DNA from: Campylobacteraceae bacterium
Lineage (GTDB): Bacteria > Campylobacterota > Campylobacteria > Campylobacterales > JALSKU01
Direction: 5' to 3'
NCBI GenBank assembly: GCA_026993075.1
Contig: JALWUQ010000048.1
Coordinates: 1-57,957 of the forward strand
DNA: 57,957 nt
This document shows, one piece after another, positions 55,979 to 57,957 of the stretch. Within the stretch, counting starts at the first letter, position 1; each line of letters starts with the position of its first letter. The notes under the pieces were generated by a model. It had not been told where the DNA came from. It worked only from the letters and a program-made list of their open reading frames with translations, and searched no databases. A program made the translations under genes and the position numbers.

Positions 55979-57694
55979 ATGACACTACTCTTAGATACCT
56001 TTATCATAGGTGTTGTTGGTGCCATGTGTTCTGAAATATTTATCCTTTCATTGGATGCTATAAGTAAATACACGATAGGTTACATAGCAGGCTACATACC
56101 TCCTGGGACTCTAAAAATATTAAAGCCTTATATCACACATGGCTATGATCCTATGCTTTTGATAGCTGTTATTGTGATAGGAGGATTGATTTCAGGAATA
56201 TTAGTTTACACCTTTGCCCCAGAAGCTGAGGGGCATGGTACAGATACTGTTGTAAGAGCATTTCATAGATCAGGAGGATACCTAAGACCCATAGTAACCC
56301 CTATCAAGATAATCGCATCCGCTATCACCATAGGAACAGGCGGTTCTGCCGGAAGAGAAGGCCCGACTGCTTTATTTAGTTCCGGTATCGGCTCGATATA
56401 TGCAACTTTTAGAAAAGTAAATACGAAAAAGAGAGAGTTATTTGTTCTTCTTGGAATGGCATCAGGCTTATCAGCAGTTTTTAAAGCACCTATGGGGACT
56501 GCTATATTTTCAATAGAAGTTTTATATAGTGATACAGAGTTTGAAACACAAGAACTTATGTTTATACTTTTTGGACCGCTTATCGCATATACAATAACAG
56601 GATATCTCTTTGGTTGGCAGCCTATATTTGCAATTCCTAAAAATTTGGAAGTGACTAAAATAATCACATTTTTAGAAATTATTCTACTTGGAATTGCCAG
56701 TGGCATTGTATCTGTATTTTTACCAAATGTATTTTATGGAACTAGAGATATATTTAGAAAGATACCGATAAAACCACATTTTAAACCGGCCATTGGAGCA
56801 TTTTTCGTAGGACTTATAGCCATATATTTTCCTCAAGTTTTAGGAGGCGGATATGGATGGATACAAGAAGCGATAAACGGCAGTATTATGGCGAAGTTGC
56901 TATTAATTTTAATATTTGCAAAGATATTTGCTTTTTCATTTACTGTAGGTTCTGGCGGTTCTGGCGGTGTTTTTGCCCCAACACTTTTTATAGGCTCGAT
57001 GTTAGGTGGTGCTTTTGCATACTATTTTCATGAACCAAGTGCGATATTTGCAGTTATTGCGATGGCAGCCGTGTTTGGAGCAGCAGCAAGAACTCCTTTG
57101 GCAGCTATTGTTATAGTCATAGAGATGGCCGGAGGATATTCATTGTTGGTACCAACTATTCTGGCAGTATTTTTTTCACACATGGTTCATATATTAATAT
57201 CAGATAAGTTAAACTTAAAATATACCAGCTTATATGAAGCACAACTTACAAATAAAAATTATTCACCTATATATCAGATTGAGAAATTAAAAAGCATACT
57301 ACTTTGTTATATAGATCTCTTAAAAATAACTCCGGAAAAAATTAGAGATGAAAAAATGTTAGCCCTACTTGAGAGCGGTACTCCAATCAATCTTCCAAAT
57401 GATAAAGATATATATTTTGGACAGTTTAACAATAATGCAAAATTAAAAAAAGAAGATAATAAAAAAGAGTACAAAAATATACGAATATTATACCTTTTTA
57501 GAAATGGAAAATGGTATCATCCATCAGAAATTGAAACCATAAATAAAAATGATGAAATCTTGATATACGGATCTAAAATAGAGATAAATAATGTAAAAAC
57601 AGAATTTACACCTATATCATATACTTTTTCAAAGCTCAAAAAACAACATAAAAAATTAGAAGAAGATGTCAATAAAATTATTCCTATAAGATAA
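55979..57694 (+). CDS. ClC family chloride channel/antiporter with a C-terminal TrkA-C-like domain
   Basis: GSAGREGP and GGVFAPTLFIG are present. The C-terminal ~150 aa ends in a pattern (ILYLFRNGKWYHP...NDEILIYGSK) resembling RCK_C rather than CBS pairs. The ORF opens at TTG 55937. Confidence 0.8.
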   Translation: MTLLLDTFIIGVVGAMCSEIFILSLDAISKYTIGYIAGYIPPGTLKILKPYITHGYDPMLLIAVIVIGGLISGILVYTFAPEAEGHGTDTVVRAFHRSGGYLRPIVTPIKIIASAITIGTGGSAGREGPTALFSSGIGSIYATFRKVNTKKRELFVLLGMASGLSAVFKAPMGTAIFSIEVLYSDTEFETQELMFILFGPLIAYTITGYLFGWQPIFAIPKNLEVTKIITFLEIILLGIASGIVSVFLPNVFYGTRDIFRKIPIKPHFKPAIGAFFVGLIAIYFPQVLGGGYGWIQEAINGSIMAKLLLILIFAKIFAFSFTVGSGGSGGVFAPTLFIGSMLGGAFAYYFHEPSAIFAVIAMAAVFGAAARTPLAAIVIVIEMAGGYSLLVPTILAVFFSHMVHILISDKLNLKYTSLYEAQLTNKNYSPIYQIEKLKSILLCYIDLLKITPEKIRDEKMLALLESGTPINLPNDKDIYFGQFNNNAKLKKEDNKKEYKNIRILYLFRNGKWYHPSEIETINKNDEILIYGSKIEINNVKTEFTPISYTFSKLKKQHKKLEEDVNKIIPIR

Positions 57695-57777
57695 ACCGAC
57701 TACAAGATTAATTTTTAAACAAGAGGTAGAATAAATTGAAATATGAATATTTAAAAGAAAACCTAATTGATAAAAAT

Positions 57778-57815
57778 AGACTTGTTGCAATATAAGAGTA
57801 CATCGCAACAAGTCT
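57778..57815 (-). terminator. Intrinsic terminator of the partial oxidoreductase gene
   Basis: Minus strand: AGACTTGTTGC-N16-GCAACAAGTCT followed by ATTTTTAT, beginning 6 nt after the stop at 57822. Confidence 0.65.
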
Positions 57816-57821
57816 AATGCA

Positions 57822-57956
57822 TTAGATATATTCAACCAAATGAGAGAAACTCTCTGACATCGTGGGGTGGGCAAATATCATTGAATTTATCTCTTTTATA
57901 TTTTGTTTTGTATTTAGACAAATTGCCACCTGATTTATCACTTCAGTGGCATCATA
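57822..57956 (-). CDS. 3' end of a pyridine nucleotide-disulfide oxidoreductase (dihydrolipoyl dehydrogenase-like), partial
   Basis: Hand translation of the minus strand: YDATEVINQVAICLNTKQNIKEINSMIFAHPTMSESFSHLVEYI*. The HAHPT(L/M)SE block is typical of the dimerisation domain. The gene is cut by the window edge. Confidence 0.6.
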   Translation of the reverse strand, partial: YDATEVINQVAICLNTKQNIKEINSMIFAHPTMSESFSHLVEYI

Positions 57957-57957
57957 A

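Noticed and set aside
57656-57874. A 72-aa minus-strand ORF spanning the ClC 3' end and the intergenic region.
   Set aside because: It crosses a terminator hairpin and overlaps, in another frame, the clear C-terminus (AHPTMSE) of the oxidoreductase gene. It is not credible as coding.

Overview
This is an AT-rich bacterial chromosome segment. The gene order (cvpA-fur-lysS-glyA-DUF1882, hisG-coaX, DUF4492-cydAB) looks like Campylobacterota (epsilonproteobacteria); that assignment is an inference. I saw no rRNA, tRNA, CRISPR array, transposase or prophage. All family calls come from motif recognition by eye. No database search or folding program was run.

The left ~24 kb holds housekeeping genes: guaA, an NhaD-like antiporter, nadB, cydAB, uvrC, hisG, coaX, a Xer-type recombinase, a YfgM/BamB-like pair, gatC, pilT, a GGDEF cyclase, cvpA-fur-lysS-glyA, a TrpE/PabB-like enzyme and aroE.

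The centre (24.2-51.1 kb) is one uninterrupted minus-strand run of 19 genes. It joins PEP synthase, class I aldolase, enolase, GAPDH, PGAM, PGM and PGI to a glycogen gene set. That set has two GT35 phosphorylase paralogs, two GlgA, GlgB, two GH57 enzymes, a ROK glucokinase, a GalT-family enzyme, a 93-aa CBM48 protein and an 840-aa nucleotidyltransferase::PGM-like fusion.

The most interesting signal is three adjacent genes in this run that appear built from non-catalytic parts:
- The short GT35 paralog lacks the PLP-binding lysine (GTSGMK becomes GTSGMS).
- A stand-alone CBM48 protein sits next to it.
- The PGM-like half of the fusion has lost all four PGM signature loops.
- No canonical GlgC is present in the window.

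Other points worth a second look:
- Two perfect copies of an at least 108-bp structured element lie downstream of guaA.
- That element shares a 16-nt motif with a 67-nt rod-like palindrome in the ppsA-fba spacer.
- Two small ORFs fall below the ORF-track cutoff: a 58-aa lipoprotein ahead of nadB and a 40-aa membrane peptide after cydB.
- A Crp/Fnr regulator, two APC permeases, HdeD and a ClC channel form an acid-resistance-like cluster with no decarboxylase.
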